Shown one piece after another: positions 38,130-51,310 of a DNA stretch of 64,000 nucleotides. Source of the DNA: Camelus ferus (taxonomy: Eukaryota); NCBI RefSeq assembly GCF_009834535.1, contig NC_045697.1, forward strand, positions 10,852,001 through 10,916,000. The letters are read 5' to 3'. A program made the position numbers and the translations under genes. How positions within the stretch are numbered: the stretch's first letter is position 1; every line of letters begins with the position of its first letter. The notes under the pieces were generated by a model. It saw nothing but the letters and a program-made list of their open reading frames with translations. It ran no database searches and was not told the origin of the DNA.

Positions 38130-38169
38130 CTCATTCAGATAATGTCACTGAATGAACTAATAAACAATG

Positions 38170-38375
38170 AAGGATTTGGAGTGAGACTTCTTGACTTAAA
38201 ATCATCACTTATTAACAGAGGGAAGTTAGGCAAGTTACTTAACCTGCCTTTGCTTTAGTTTTCTTATTTATGAAGGGATGTGATAACAACAGGAGCTATC
38301 TTAATAACTTTAAACCTGTAAGTACTTAGGAGACAGCTGCATGTGTAATGATATGCAAACGTTAGTTATGATTAT
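38170..38375 (+). mobile_element. MIR SINE
   Basis: ttaggcaagttacttaacctgcctttgctttagttttcttattta. Confidence 0.6.
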
Positions 38376-38800
38376 TGTCTTTTGTAGCTGAAACATCACC
38401 TCTTCAGAGAGACGTGCCTTCACCACTCATCTTAAAAATAGCCCCAAGTCACACTCCAGCATATCCGTCTGTTTTAATTCTGGGTAAACCCAGAGCATCA
38501 TCTTGCTTGTTTGCTTCTACATTGTTTCCTCTTTCTAGAATGTGAACTTCCAGAGAGCAGAGGCTGTGTTCCTTCTGTTTCTGTAGCATTAGAATCAGAC
38601 TCCAGTGCATAGCAGTCTTCAATGAATAAACGTGAATTTGTAATCATACATACACACACACACAGACACACACTCACACACAATTGCTGTTGGAATAAAA
38701 TCCAGACTGCGTGCTTTCTCCTGTTAGGTGGACGTGATTCCTTTCTGTTCCTGTGGCCCCACCTCTAACCTTCCTCTTCTTGCCCCATGCAGCTCCTTCC

Positions 38801-39549
38801 TGTGATATTGTGATTTATAATACAAAATATGTATTTGGTCTTTGAACTATTTCTGGCACAGAGTTCCTAAAACCCTTGGTGAGGAGAGTGATAAAGGTAC
38901 CTTTTGTTGTGTTAATGAGGTGACCTTCTGGAAAGTGCCTAAGAATGGGGGCTGGTTGCCAGTGGAGCCAGCCAAGTGATTAGACGGATGGAACATTCTG
39001 TCCCACCCCAATGGCCAGTGATTTGACCAATCATGTCTATGTAATGATGCTTCCATAAAACCTCAAAAGGACGGGGTTTGGAGAGTTTCTGGGTTGGTGA
39101 ACCAGAACCCTTACATGTTTCACGGTGCCAGTCTCCAAACTTCACGAGGACAGAAACTCCTTTGTTTAGGACCTTGCCCTCTGCGTCTCTTCATCTAACT
39201 GTTGAATCACATCTTTTAATAGCCTTTGAAATAAACTTATACTCTTGTAAGTAAATGGGTTTCCTGAGGTCTGTGAGTCACTCTAGTAAAATAATGGAAC
39301 CCAAGAAGGGGGTCATGGGAACCTCTGATTTATGGCCAGTTGGTCAGAAGCACAGGTGACAACCTGGACTTGCCATTGGCTTCTGAAGTTGGGAGGGGGA
39401 CAGTCTTGTGAGACTGAGCCCTTAACCTGAGGGGTCCAGGTTGACAGGGTCAGGATTGAATTGAATTGTGGGACAGAGCTGGTGTTGCAGAATTGGTGGT
39501 GTGGGGAGAAACTCCCCTTACAGCTTGTAATTGGTGACCCGAATATTAC
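38801..39549 (+). mobile_element. MER21-like LTR
   Basis: Starts tgtgatattgtgatttataatacaaaatatgtatttggtc. 4-bp TSD TTCC at 38797-38800 and 39550-39553. Confidence 0.8.
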
Positions 39550-42193
39550 TTCCTTGGAGTGAGTTTCTTCTCACAGAACTTTGAGCATCTTGCAGACGAG
39601 CCTCCTGAATGCCCCACCAATCCTCTTATTCCTGAACTTGCAGCCAGCATACAGTTTTGGTCTTTCTCTATGGCGCTCGCCCTTGTGTAGGGACACCTCC
39701 TTCCTGAATGCCCTTCTGTGCTTTCTGCCAGTTCACATGTCATATAGCTCCTGTCTCCTGCCCCTTGCCCTTCCCTCCCTTCTAGAACTTACTTCAAGGG
39801 GGTTTAGTGCCATGCAATTTGGTTACAAATTAAATATTAGGGGCATTGCAAATAATGTTAACATATTATTATGTTAACCACCCTCGCATTCTTGTCTCTT
39901 TTTGATCTTTATACACAAACTCTAGCTAACAAAGCACCGTTGACAGGATGCATGATTTCAATTCTTTTAAAATACAATTATTATTCTGTTTCTGGGCAAG
40001 ACCTCCAACCTGGGAGGTAAATGACTAAATCACTGTGATTGAACATACCTATTGAGAGACAAAAATGACATAATACCATAATAAAGAATTATATTGGTTA
40101 ATTGCAATTTTAATACAACTTATTGTTTGGGGGAAATACTTTATAAGTAGATGGAAATACAGAGAAAATGTGGCACCCTGAATAAATAAATATATCTCTT
40201 TGATGACACTCATGTGTAAATACAGATTTTTGTTTTTTTTTAAAAATAAAGTTCTGATTTTGAATATGCTTGGAATTTCATACCTGGTCCTAGATTAATA
40301 ATGACATAGGAAATTTCTTTTGTATTTACCATATCACTGTGACACAGAGCTTTCTTATAATTTGGGGAATATTTAGGGCCAAATTGGAACAGTATTAGCA
40401 TTAACCCAGTTCTCTGGGGGGACAAAAAACTGGAATAAAATAATTAAGTACCTTTGCCTCCTAATGAACAGCATGCAACTGTATCCAGTTTCCCCTCTGC
40501 TTCCCTTTGATCTCTGTAAGCTTCCCCTTGGTCAAACCTCTTCTGTTTGAATTGCACTAATTTGTAACTCAGCATCTTCCATCTGGGGATACAGATTTGT
40601 GCAGGCCCCGTTCCACGCTGGGCTAAATTTGCCCAGCACCTGGCTGAACATATTGGTTTCGGCATATTTACCCAAATTGTTAGTAAAACATCAGAAACAG
40701 CCGGCTCCTGAGAATCAAATCGCAAGCAGCATCCCTGTCACTTACGCTAATACAGTTTAGACTTGAAATTCACAAGCAGAAGCACCCCACTTCCCTTCAC
40801 ATTAACGGCAGCCCCTGGAACCCCGGATTTGGCACTTGAAGCATCCACGGAGCGGGGAGAAATTAAGGAGGCAGTTCAGCTGGTTTCAGCCTCAGATTTG
40901 ATACCTAGTCTGTGGATAATTTTTCGACTCTTCCTTTTTATCTCATTTTAACTTCTCCAAGTCCTTTGACTAGCGCTTTGTGGAGACGCTATTGCCAGTC
41001 TCATTTCCTGTAGTCTTTTCATGTCCAGTCTTTTTAGCTCCCTCTGTTTGGTTGAGGGATTAGAGCTTCTTAGCCTTAGAGCCAGTTTTGGAATGCAGGT
41101 TGAGGGTCAACGGTCAGGACTGTTCCCCCCTTCCATTTTTGTCTTGAAGTATCCTTTTTGATTTACATGTCTGGAAACCGACAAAAGCCTTCTTATGGTT
41201 ATTGTAGCTGGAAATGGCCTAGTTCCAGCCCAATTCTTTGCAGAAAAAAAAAAAAAACCTTCCCTCTGTTCCTGCCTTTTGCTGTAGAATTCATTATTGT
41301 AATGCCTTGTTTACTCACATTTCTATCCGGTGATAATGAGCTTTTCAGCCTCTAGGTTTTTAAGGTCCCTGGCCACAGAGGGAAGGCCCAAGGAAAAGAG
41401 AAAAAAAGATGGGAGGGGTGGGAGATCTTGCCCTGGGACTAGCTTCTCTGCGTATATTCTGAACACTTATCATTAACCCTTTGTGTATTCCCCATCTTAA
41501 ACAAAAATCAAAATTCAAGAATGAATGATTCTCCTGGCTCAGGGTCTGGCTGGTGTGTCAGAAGTACGGGTGACGTTAGTCATTTGTTGTCCCTTCTAAG
41601 GTGGCAAGTGGTCATGGTATGGGGAGAAGTTAGTGCTGCTCTGGAGGGAGATGTCCAGGCAGTCCTGCCTTCTAGGCAGAGACCCCACTCCCTATGGACC
41701 CAGCAGCCTTGGCAAATCAAACCTCATGTTCGAATACAGAAATGCTTTTCCAAGAAACTAAATGAAGTTGTGTCTGTGCCTGAGTCTGTGTATTTTATAT
41801 ATCATTGCTAGTCAGAGAGGTAATTTTTCATAGTATCCGATTTCATGCACCCACTTGCTCCTTATCATTTCTTCATGCATTTATTTATCAATCCTTGCGC
41901 CTAAGTGCCTACCGTTTTCCAGGCCCTGTGCTAGGTCCTGGCAACAGACCATCACAAAATGGTGACTGAGATCAATAAGAAAGCCAGAAAGAGGCTGGAG
42001 AGTGTCCTAGTACCAATCATAACCGGGAGATGTTTGCCACAATCCTGACTCGGGGAGAGAAAGGGGAGGGGGTAAAGAAGGTCACAGAATTCAGTAAAGT
42101 AATTAGGCAACAAAATATTTAGTTGAAAGAGGTAGTGGGCAGATTTTTGTTCAGTGAAAAGAGTTCAAAAAGGTGACCTTAAAAAAGAAATGA

Positions 42194-42403
42194 GTTATAC
42201 ACACTGTTATATATAAAACAGATGAACAGCAAGGACCTACTGTATAGCACAGGGAACTATATTCAATTTCTTGTAATAACCTATAATGGAAGATAATCTG
42301 AAAAAGAATATGTATCTATGTGTGTGTGTAAACTGAATCACTTTGCTGTACAGCTGAAACTAACACAACATTGTAAATCAACTATACTTCAATGAAAAAA
42401 TAA
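42194..42403 (+). mobile_element. L1 3' end (cetartiodactyl type)
   Basis: aacagcaaggacctactgtatagcacagggaactatattcaa ... acattgtaaatcaactatacttcaat plus A-tail. TSD-like aaaaaagaaatga / aaaaaagaaagga. Confidence 0.85.
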
Positions 42404-43180
42404 AAAAAAGAAAGGAATGGGCTCAGCCCGGGGTGGCAAAGTCGATCTCAGCACAAAGACTTGGTGTAGGAGGCCCCTGATTCCGCAGGCAGAACCTCAG
42501 AGGGGGGCTCTGGGTGTCATGGACGTGGATCCTTTTCCTTTTCTCTCCCCGTGGTATAAACCCACTTCCTGTGACGGGGGAGCCTGTCACTGGGACAGCT
42601 GATGACGGTGGGCAGAGCCTGCCTGCCGTTGCGGGAGCTGGAGGTCAGATGCTGGCTTTTCCTGGCTTCTCTCCCAGCTAGTGTTTTGGTTTGTGTCTTA
42701 GACTGAGGTAATCAAAAGCAAACACCTTCAACTTTGACTGGTGAGCGATTGATGTAAAGAACAGAGACCTGGAGAATCCATTCTGGCGGCCATCAGGACA
42801 GCTACTGACAGGCGCATCGGGCTTCGGAGGACCAGTGGCCACTGCACCCAGGGCTTCGTCAGGTGTCTGAGGAACAATGGTGACAATGTTGTTGTCCTTG
42901 GGAGGAAATATGATTTTAGGCATTTTTCTAGAACTGCAGCCTCAAAAGTCAGTTTCCCTCCGAAGTCAGTTTCCCAACCTTCCTTCAGCTCCAAAGAACC
43001 CAGTATCCTTTCAGTAGATGGTTTTTATTTAAACTTGGAGTGGTTTTCTGTTGCTTTGATCATCTATTGCTCAAATTTAATTCTCTTCAAAGACATGCCC
43101 AAATTCACATGAGCTTTTCCCAAGTCTTACTTTTAATCTTTTTATTTTTAATTTTCTTTCTTTTAAAATAAATGTTTTAC

Positions 43181-43268
43181 GAATACATGTATGTATATAC
43201 ATGACTGGGACATTATGCTGTACACCAGAAATTGACACATTTTAACTGACAGTACTTCAATAAAAAAT
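43181..43268 (+). mobile_element. Short lineage-young L1 3' terminus
   Basis: atgactgggacattatgctgtacaccagaaattgacacatt...tacttcaataaaaa, the reverse of the text at 56470-56540. Confidence 0.7.
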
Positions 43269-43269
43269 A

Positions 43270-43945
43270 TTTTAGACAACCTTATTGTGGCATAATTTCT
43301 GTACAGTAATCCACATATTTTAGATGCATAGTTTGATGGATTTTTGACAGATGTACACACCTACGAAACCTTTTGTCTTGTAAAAACAACTACAGAAAAC
43401 TTGCAAGACTATTGCTCTGAACACACTCTTCACCTTAGTTGCACCCACTGTTAACATTTTTGCCATGTTTTTGCTTTCTTTTTCTCTGCATGTTAATATG
43501 CACACGTTCTTATTCTTCTTTTTATGCTTCTTCTTATTTGTTAAATTGCTGAACCGATTGTGGTGATCTGACACCTCACCCCTGAATACTCCAGCATGAC
43601 TCTCCTAAAAAGGACGACATTCTCTTACAAAGTCACAGTGTAATGATCAAGCTCAGAAAACTTAAATTTAATACAAACTATTATCCAATATGTAGTCCAG
43701 ATTCACATTTTGCTAATTGTCCCAGTGCTGCCTGAGGGCACTATTTTCCTCTCAAATCCAGGATTCAATCTGGAACCATGCATTACATTTAGATACCATG
43801 CCTGTTTGGTTTTCTTTCTTGTCTGTCTTTCTCTTTTTTTTTTAAACAACATTGACATTTTTGAAGGGCGCAGTCTGTTGTTTCGTAGAATGGTTCTTAA
43901 TTTGTTTGTCTGATTGTTTCCTCATAATTTGATTCAGTTTATGTA
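43270..43945 (-). mobile_element. Ancient L1 3' UTR (L1ME/L1MC-like)
   Basis: gacacctcacccctgaatactccagcatg...ctcctaaaaaggacgacattctcttaca ... ccaggattcaatctggaaccatgcattacattt. Confidence 0.65.
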
Positions 43946-46149
43946 ATCCCAAATCTTTGACCAAGCCCTTGAATTTGCAACTGTGGTCTCAGATCTCTGT
44001 AATTTCAGTAGCTATATTAGGTCTGAGACGATAATTCTATCACCTTTATTTGGATAACTGACTTTGCAGCCTTGGGAAGATATAAAATGTAAAGTGTATA
44101 GATGATGAAGAAATAAATTTAAGTTAAAAATTTATTAATTTTTAATAAATTTATTTAGATCTTTGTGTAATTTGTGATTATACAAGTGTATTAGGAAATT
44201 TTGTACCCATTATGCTGTTTGGATATACTTTGTAGGACGTCTGAAACATTTAACAGAATCTGACATTCTAAAGGATCTAGACTTGAAATTTAATTTAATT
44301 TTATCTAGTTATATTTGCTTAAGAGAATCTAAGTTACCATATTTATTCATTAGTTTTGGAGATATTAAAATGCTTAACCGTATCTGACTTACTCATTTTA
44401 TAAATTCGTATGGATTAAAGTTAAGAGAGTTGTGAAGAGTTAGAAAGATTTTTGTTGTTAGGTTTATAAGCTTGTCTTGTTAGCTGTTTGAAGTGATTGG
44501 GAAAATAAAATATATTCAGTATATGATCATAGTTTGACATGTTTAAGGGAAATTAATTAATGAAATTTTAGACAGTATGGGAGATTTTAAGTTTATAAGT
44601 TCTTTTGTGACTTCCATTTGATATGTTTAAGAAAATTTGACAAACTTTAAAAATAATGTTCACAAAAAAAATGATGTTCACATGCTTAGGGAAAATTAAT
44701 CAATGAAATTTATGAGTTAAATTAGTAGAAATCAAAGAACAAGCAAGAGTGTTCTTAATTTTCACATTAATTACTAAATTTATAGCAAATATGCTGTACT
44801 TGGAGATTGAACTTAAAGGCTAAAGGAAAGATATATTTGAAATGAAAAATGAAAAAAAAAAGACTGTTGATTAAAACCCAAGCCATGGTAAGTATTTTTT
44901 TTTCCTACATGCTAATTCTCCCTTAGATATTATAAAAAAAATTGAAACATTAAAAAAAAATCAGAGATGGAAAAAAACCAATTGAATAATTAAACAAAAA
45001 CAATTAAAACAATTAAAAAAACGGCCAGAAAATCATGGCACAAAATGCAAGGTACAATGGAAAATGCAGGCACAGAGGGCTAGAAAAGGCACCTCCTCTG
45101 GTCTCAGGGTAGAGTGGGGTCAGGGGACGCTCCACGGAAGGTGCTGTCAGAACTGAGTCTTACATGCGAACAAGAGATAGCCAGTCCAAGAGGAATGGGG
45201 TGGCCTTTCCAGCATGAGTGGAACACGGAGGGCTGATCATGCTGAGTTGCAGGGATGCAGCTGAGGTTGTGCAGGATCTAACCAGGGATTACACTGCACA
45301 AGACTCCAAGAGATGCCTTCAAATTATTCATTTAATATTCGCTTATTTATTGAGTGCCTACTGTGGCCACTGTCTGTTTCTCTTTGAGGTTAAAAAAAAA
45401 ATCCAGCCCCCTCTGTGTTTTGGTGCTTATTACATTGCACACAAATGAGCAGGTTTATTGACATGTCTGCTTGATAAGACTGAGAGTGCCTTCAGGAATG
45501 GGCTATCAGTTTTTGTTTTTCTGCATCTACAGCATTTGGCATAGAGCCTAGAACATAGGAGGCACTGGATAAAGGCCTGTTAGATGAATGGCATAAATCA
45601 CAAAGTAAATAAATAATAGCAAGTGAGCCAAGCATGAGAATTCAGTGTGATAAGGATTAAGCTCTTATTCAACACATATTATCTAAGTGCTCCTTGTGTG
45701 CTGTGCACTTTTTTCTAGAGACTTTAATACAACAGAGAACAAAACTGTCCAAAATCCCTGTGTCTTAGGCAAGATTCTCTTGAAGCAGAGCCTGAAATGG
45801 TTATTTTTGCTCAAGTGATTTATCTTGGAAGTGCTCACAGGGGAAAGGGAGTGAGGAAAGGAGGAGAGGGAGGGGAAAAAAGCCAAGCAAGAATGTGGTT
45901 TCAACTGAGACTAGTCTTAGATTGATCCTACAAAGAAACTCTAAAGCATGACTAATGTAACAGAGTTAGTCCCACCTTGGGACAAGGGGGGCTAGCCTTT
46001 TTTACCCCCAAGTTAATCAGTCATTGACTGAAGTCTGTCCCCAAGAAGGACATAGGAGAGTCCCATAGGACCAAGGTTATTGTACCTGCCCATTCATGGG
46101 ACACGGTACTACCAAAGTGCCACTCTGGAGGATCACTTCCATGCCAAAC

Positions 46150-47050
46150 TTAGTTTTCCCTAGTCTCATTGTGTTGCAGAAGTTTTATATCTTCATGAAG
46201 ATGAGGGTGTAGTGCCCCTAGTGGTGTAGCAACTGTTTCCTGTGACTGCTGGTCTACTTCCGTGAGGATCCTCAAATGACCAAGTAGCACTCTTCTGGGT
46301 CTTTGGTGAATGCATCCCCTTCTCTGGAAACCAAGACTTTTATCCCTGTGGAGTCTGAAGTTACAGACAAAGGAAACACACATTTCCTAAGTGGCTCATC
46401 CTACTTTCATCCTTTAGTTCTCTCACCCATGCCTTCTACCTGTTGGCCACATATCACCATGTAACGGCCATTGGTTAAAGTTTATACCACATCATAAAGG
46501 ATATCCCCCCATATTCTAAGGTGTCATCTTAAATCTGGCCCCTCAGCTGTCCTCAAAAGAGAGTTCCATCATTCTATCAGGCCAACAGCCTCTGGATTGT
46601 TTGCAATATGGTAGGACTAACAGATTCCTCAGTTACGTGCTCATTACCTTCTTGGAGATGTCCAGATGGTCAGGCTGCTTTTGGATGACATAATGACAGA
46701 AAATGGGAAGTTAACATGGCCTTGCAGCAACACTGGGAATGTGTACTCTTATATGTCTCATGAGAATACAACCTACTTCTCATCTTCCTCTCTTATGAGT
46801 ATGGAAAATCACACATTCATTAGATCAACAGCACATTCAATACATCTTAGATCATGCTAATCTCCTTCAGTAAAGACACAGCCATCTGGGACAGCAGCCA
46901 TGAATAAGACTATACTTGGTTAAGTTTGTGATAGTCCATGAATATCTATCATGAGCCATCTGGTTTTTGCACCAGTGAAGTTAATGGGATATGACAGTCT
47001 ATTAAGGATTTGAGAGTGACACCAATATCTGCCATATATATTCTGGGATG
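46150..47050 (-). pseudogene. ERVL pol remnant (RT N-terminus and connection region), with stops and frameshifts
   Basis: The reverse strand at about 46980-46910 reads LVQKPDGS**IFMDYHKLNQV, matching the RT motif PVQKxDGSWRMTVDYRKLNQV. A KQLL-like motif at about 46230 and an LGF motif at about 46330 are also present. Confidence 0.7.
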
Positions 47051-47521
47051 AGATACTGTTTTTGATTTGCTATCTTGGAGGGAGAAATAACGTCACAGGC
47101 TTTTACTTGGCCTTTCTTACTATCATAGCTCTTATTCTCCAGGTCAGTTTGGGAGTTCTGCCAATTTGCTAAGGATGGCAATTTTGATTATACCTTCAGA
47201 AATCGGGGAAATAGCAATGGGTGAATCTCTGGATTCAACTAATCTGCTTTGAGATGGACCTGGGCCAGGAATTCATTTATTAGTGACCCCCACAGTCCCC
47301 ACTATAACACGGGAAATAATGGCACTGTGGGTAGGGGTTCCTGGGTGTTACTATATATTCACACCCTGAATTCTACAACCCTTGAAAGATCTGGTTATTT
47401 GCCTGTCCTCAGTGTACAATTATCTGAGTAAATGGCCATAATCCTTTTGTTGCTGTTGTTTGCTCATTAAGGGGAAGGACTGGGAAAGCACCATTCTGTA
47501 CACTTGCTGTGATGTTGCAGG

Positions 47522-47553
<32 letters not shown>

Positions 47554-47855
47554 TTTTTTTTTTTGTGGAGATCTGGTCTTTCCTTCAGTCAATGGGCTCT
47601 GGATCTGAGAACTCTTCGGTCTGTAAACTGGGCATACCTTTGGCTCCCATCCCAATCTCGATGTCTACTATGGCAAGTGGGTTCAGTTTGTTTCTGATTG
47701 TTAAGTGCTGCCACCTGGCCTCTTCAGTTTCGGGTTCTTATGATCCTCATTGCAATTAGGAAGTCCATTCTGAAGCAGTATCTGCCTTCATCTGTCCTGA
47801 ACTACAGAGGAAAACTACCCGTTGGTTTTTCACCGCTTGTGACTATCTTACTATC

Positions 47856-48104
47856 TTATCTTACATTCTTTATCACCTTGGTAAACAGATCATCCTCTGA
47901 GCCAACCCAAGGAACATAATTGGTTGGTACATTTTCTGGTCTCATATAATAGACATATTCTAGCATCCTCACTTCTCTGAGGCTCATGAATCCTTCCCCC
48001 ATGGTTTTCCATGCTTTATCTGGCATCCCTCCTTCATAGAAAGTGAGCCATGAATTTCCCCAAGCTCCTAAGAGTTGCTTCCAGCTATGTGTAAGAACCA
48101 TCAC
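47856..48104 (-). pseudogene. ERVL gag remnant
   Basis: MPDKAWKTMGEGFMSLREVRMLEYVYYMRP..WVGSEDDLFTK resembles ERV-L Gag as recalled (MPDLPW..EEGIQRLREIGMLEW..RP..WEGPED.P.T). Confidence 0.8.
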
Positions 48105-50159
48105 TTGGGGCCCTTGTCAGAATGGTAAATGTGATATTTCAGAGGAGTGTCCCATACTGACAAGCTCTCCATTATCCAGCTTTGTATCCTTCCACCTTGG
48201 TCTGGCATAATCTGGATCCACTCCCATCACTGGTCCTGGCAGTACATGTTAGCTTGATCCTGCAGCCCTTTTGGAATATGATCTCTTTATTCACTCTTTG
48301 TATCAGGTAATGTGCCTCTTTCCAGCTGTTCAGCAAAGGTAAGAGCCTTGGCCATTATAATGCTGGAATATGTCAGGAATGATCAACACCTAACACCAGT
48401 GCTGGGGTCCTTATCGCCATTCAGGCAACATGTGATCCAGTTTGGGAATCTCATCCTTCGACCACCTAGGACCACCCACGTTTGGTACCTACTGTCTTAG
48501 GCTTGGTTCCCTGGAAGCAGAGTGTTCTTTAGCAGAAGAGTACCCACCCAAACATGAGTATTCTCATACAAGTGATTTCTTGGGGAAAATACTTTCCAGA
48601 GAAGGAGAGGTAAGGGAAGCAGAATGGAGCAGGGAGAGAGCTGAGCAGAAACATGGGTAGTCTCAGCTGACAACTAGCTTCGGTCTGAGCTCACAGTGAA
48701 ACTTTGGAAAACAGTTTACATCGCAAAGTAATCTACACCTCAAGGCAGTGGGCTGGCTTTTTGGTACCTCATGTGAGTCAGTCACTGGCTGTCATCTACC
48801 TCTTGATAGAAAGGGCTGGTTTTTGTTGGCTGAGGAAAATCCTATGAAGGACATGGTACAGATGCCACAGGTAAGTAGGGAGCAGATGGAAGGGAGCAGA
48901 GTTAAAAGTTTTTTTTTTTTTTTTTTTGAAAATTAGGTGAACTACTGGCACATTTGTTGCTGGGAATGACCAAGCAGAGAGTGCAAATGGGAAGATAAGT
49001 GAGAGAGGAAAATTGCTGTAGCTGAGTGGTTAAGAGGTGGTAGGAGCCAGCTTAAAAATGAATGGATTAATCTAAGCTAGAAGCATGGCGTTTGATCCAC
49101 AGTACCAACAGAGAGGGCGTATCTGCAGAGGCTACAGGAGGTGTGTCAGGCTCCCCAGGGATGCGTCCCAGGAGGTTACAAAGCAGACGCACGGACCCTG
49201 ATAGGTACTTGTCAAAATGGGAAGAAGTCTTCTCGACAAAAGCTGCATTTGTCCTGCATCTTAAAGAGGAGTACAAGGCTTTGTTTAGACAGAGGAGAGA
49301 TCAGAGTTTCTATTTTTGTGGTTCTCTCTTCTGAGGAATTTCTATTCCTTTCCAAATTAAAGCAGCTCCTCTGAAAAATATTCCACAAAAATCCTTCTGA
49401 ATCCAGGGAAACAAAACAAATCAACATTTATTCAAGATCTACTGTGTGCCAATGTAGCAAGTCAAATCCACACCATTGGGTGCAGAATGCTGAGCTTCCC
49501 ACTGGAATTCTCTCCTGGACATCACAGGAAACAAAAAGACACAGCTTTGCTTTATTACCTGAAGAGTTTTCACTAATCTGCCTACTCATGAACAAAAGTT
49601 CCTTACAATTCTGTTAATTCAGATATCAGGACCCCTTCCCAATACACACCCACAAAGTGCATTGGTCCCTGTGTACGCTATATGTTAACTGTGCATAGCT
49701 GCATTTTGTTCAGCTCATTGTATCTCCTTTACTGTGTCTTCCAGTGTCTGCCTTGGTGAGTGTGTGTGTCAAAGTCATGGCCAATATTCTGTAATGTCGG
49801 ACTTTATGGCTTTACCCAGTCACCTGTGACATGCACATGATCAAAGTAACTGGGATGAAAACGTTGATGACGATGGTGGTGAGGTTGAGGGTCATCACGT
49901 GTGATCTCTGTGCCTGTAACGGTGGTTAGCACATAGGAGACCTTTAATTTGTTGGTTGGATGGATGGATAGAGGTGGAACACATGAATGAATGAGTAACA
50001 TGAAACTAGATTCCTTAGATTCTATTACTCCTCACTTGGATATGTTCTAAATGTAGATGAACCAAAAACCTGTTATTCAGCTATTAACAAAGTTTATTGT
50101 CTTTCTTTACAGGTAATTATGCTGTCAAGGGCTGAGTTCATTGTTTCCTCTCAAGAGAG

Positions 50160-50400
50160 GGGTTGTGAGGCAGTGAAAAGAACGTGGCTTTAGAATTTGA
50201 AGCCTGGTGTTAAAATATAATTCGGTTACGTCCTAGCAGTGTTATCTTGGGCCAGTCACTTAACCTCCCTCAGGCTTTCTCTACATTTACAAAAAGTAGA
50301 ATAATAACCCCTCGATTGTACAGGACTTGGGGAAGGATTACACTAGATGATGCATTAGAAGGCAGTTTGCGTGCCAGAAACAACACAGAAATTTGAGCTG
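50160..50400 (+). mobile_element. MIR SINE
   Basis: atcttgggccagtcacttaacctccctcagg ... aaggattacactagatgatgc. Confidence 0.65.
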
Positions 50401-50825
50401 CCATTCTTCTCTTTGATGCAGGCGATGCCAGCTCTTCTCTGTTTCTGAATTCATAGGAGCTTAGCTTTTCAGATATGTTATCTTTTTATTTCTGCCTAGA
50501 AAACGTGATGATCATGGGAATGCTGCTAATCCACAGGAAAATGAAGAGGATAATGAGAGCCCTTCACCTCTGCTGAACAGGACAGCTCACACGGTGTGTT
50601 CCCACACCCAATCTCATCCAGTCCTCACGGCAGGTCCAGGCAGTGGCTGTTCAAGTCCCCGTCATCACTGCTGGAACTGTGCCCCCAGCAGCAGTCTCCT
50701 TTGGTTGGAGGGAAGGAGCTGAGCAGATGCTGCAGCTAAATTCCCTGTGCAGGAAATGAAACAGAGGCTGGGATCCCAGCTGCTGGGGCTGGACGTCTGC
50801 TGCCTAACTCATTGCTGACTCTGAC

Positions 50826-51278
50826 TGTGAAGGTGAATTTGATGCATCAACTTGCCTGGGTCGCAAGGTGCCCAGAGGTTTGGTCCATATCCTGGGCATG
50901 TCTGTGGAGGGATTTTTTAATTGATAGACTGAGTGAAGGAGATTGCCCTCCCTAGTGCGGGTGGGCCTCAACCAAGCCACTGAAGACCTGAGTAGAACAA
51001 AGAAATTGAGGAAGAGGGAAATCCACCCATGTCACTGCTTTGAGCTAGGACATTGACTCTTCTTGGGTCTGCAGCCTGTTGGCTTTGGACTGGAGCCTAC
51101 TTCATCAACTCTCCTGGTTCTCAGGACTTCAGATTCAGATGGGAACTACACCATCAACGCTCCTGAATCTCCGATTTGCCAACTGCAGGTCTCAGGACTT
51201 CTCAGCCTCCATAATTGTGTGAGCCAGTTCCTTATAACAAATAATGCATACATGCATAGTATACGTGTGGAGATTCTA

Positions 51279-51310
<32 letters not shown>

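Larger units (their letters stand above)
45761..48869 (-). mobile_element. ERVL (HERV16/ERV3-16A3-like) provirus remnant with two LTR16-like LTRs
   Basis: Co-oriented LTRs begin tgtcttaggc at 45761 and 48493. A ggtacca PBS-like junction lies at about 48483-48492, and gag and pol remnants lie between the LTRs. Confidence 0.8.

Noticed and set aside
42678..42923. 81-aa ORF MPKIIFPPKDNN... that looks protein-like
   Set aside because: No recognisable homology or exon context, and it lies next to or within MLT1-like LTR sequence.
47522..47564. 28-nt poly-T run inside the ERVL as a possible retroposed tail
   Set aside because: No TSD or attached element body, so simple slippage is sufficient.
48868..48876. 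Consensus donor CAG|GTAAGT
   Set aside because: It is formed at an LTR/flank junction and has no supportable upstream exon.
49092..49334. 80-aa ORF ...DRYLSKWEEVFSTKAAFVLHLKEEYKALF
   Set aside because: Non-ATG start, no recognisable family and no convincing splice sites.
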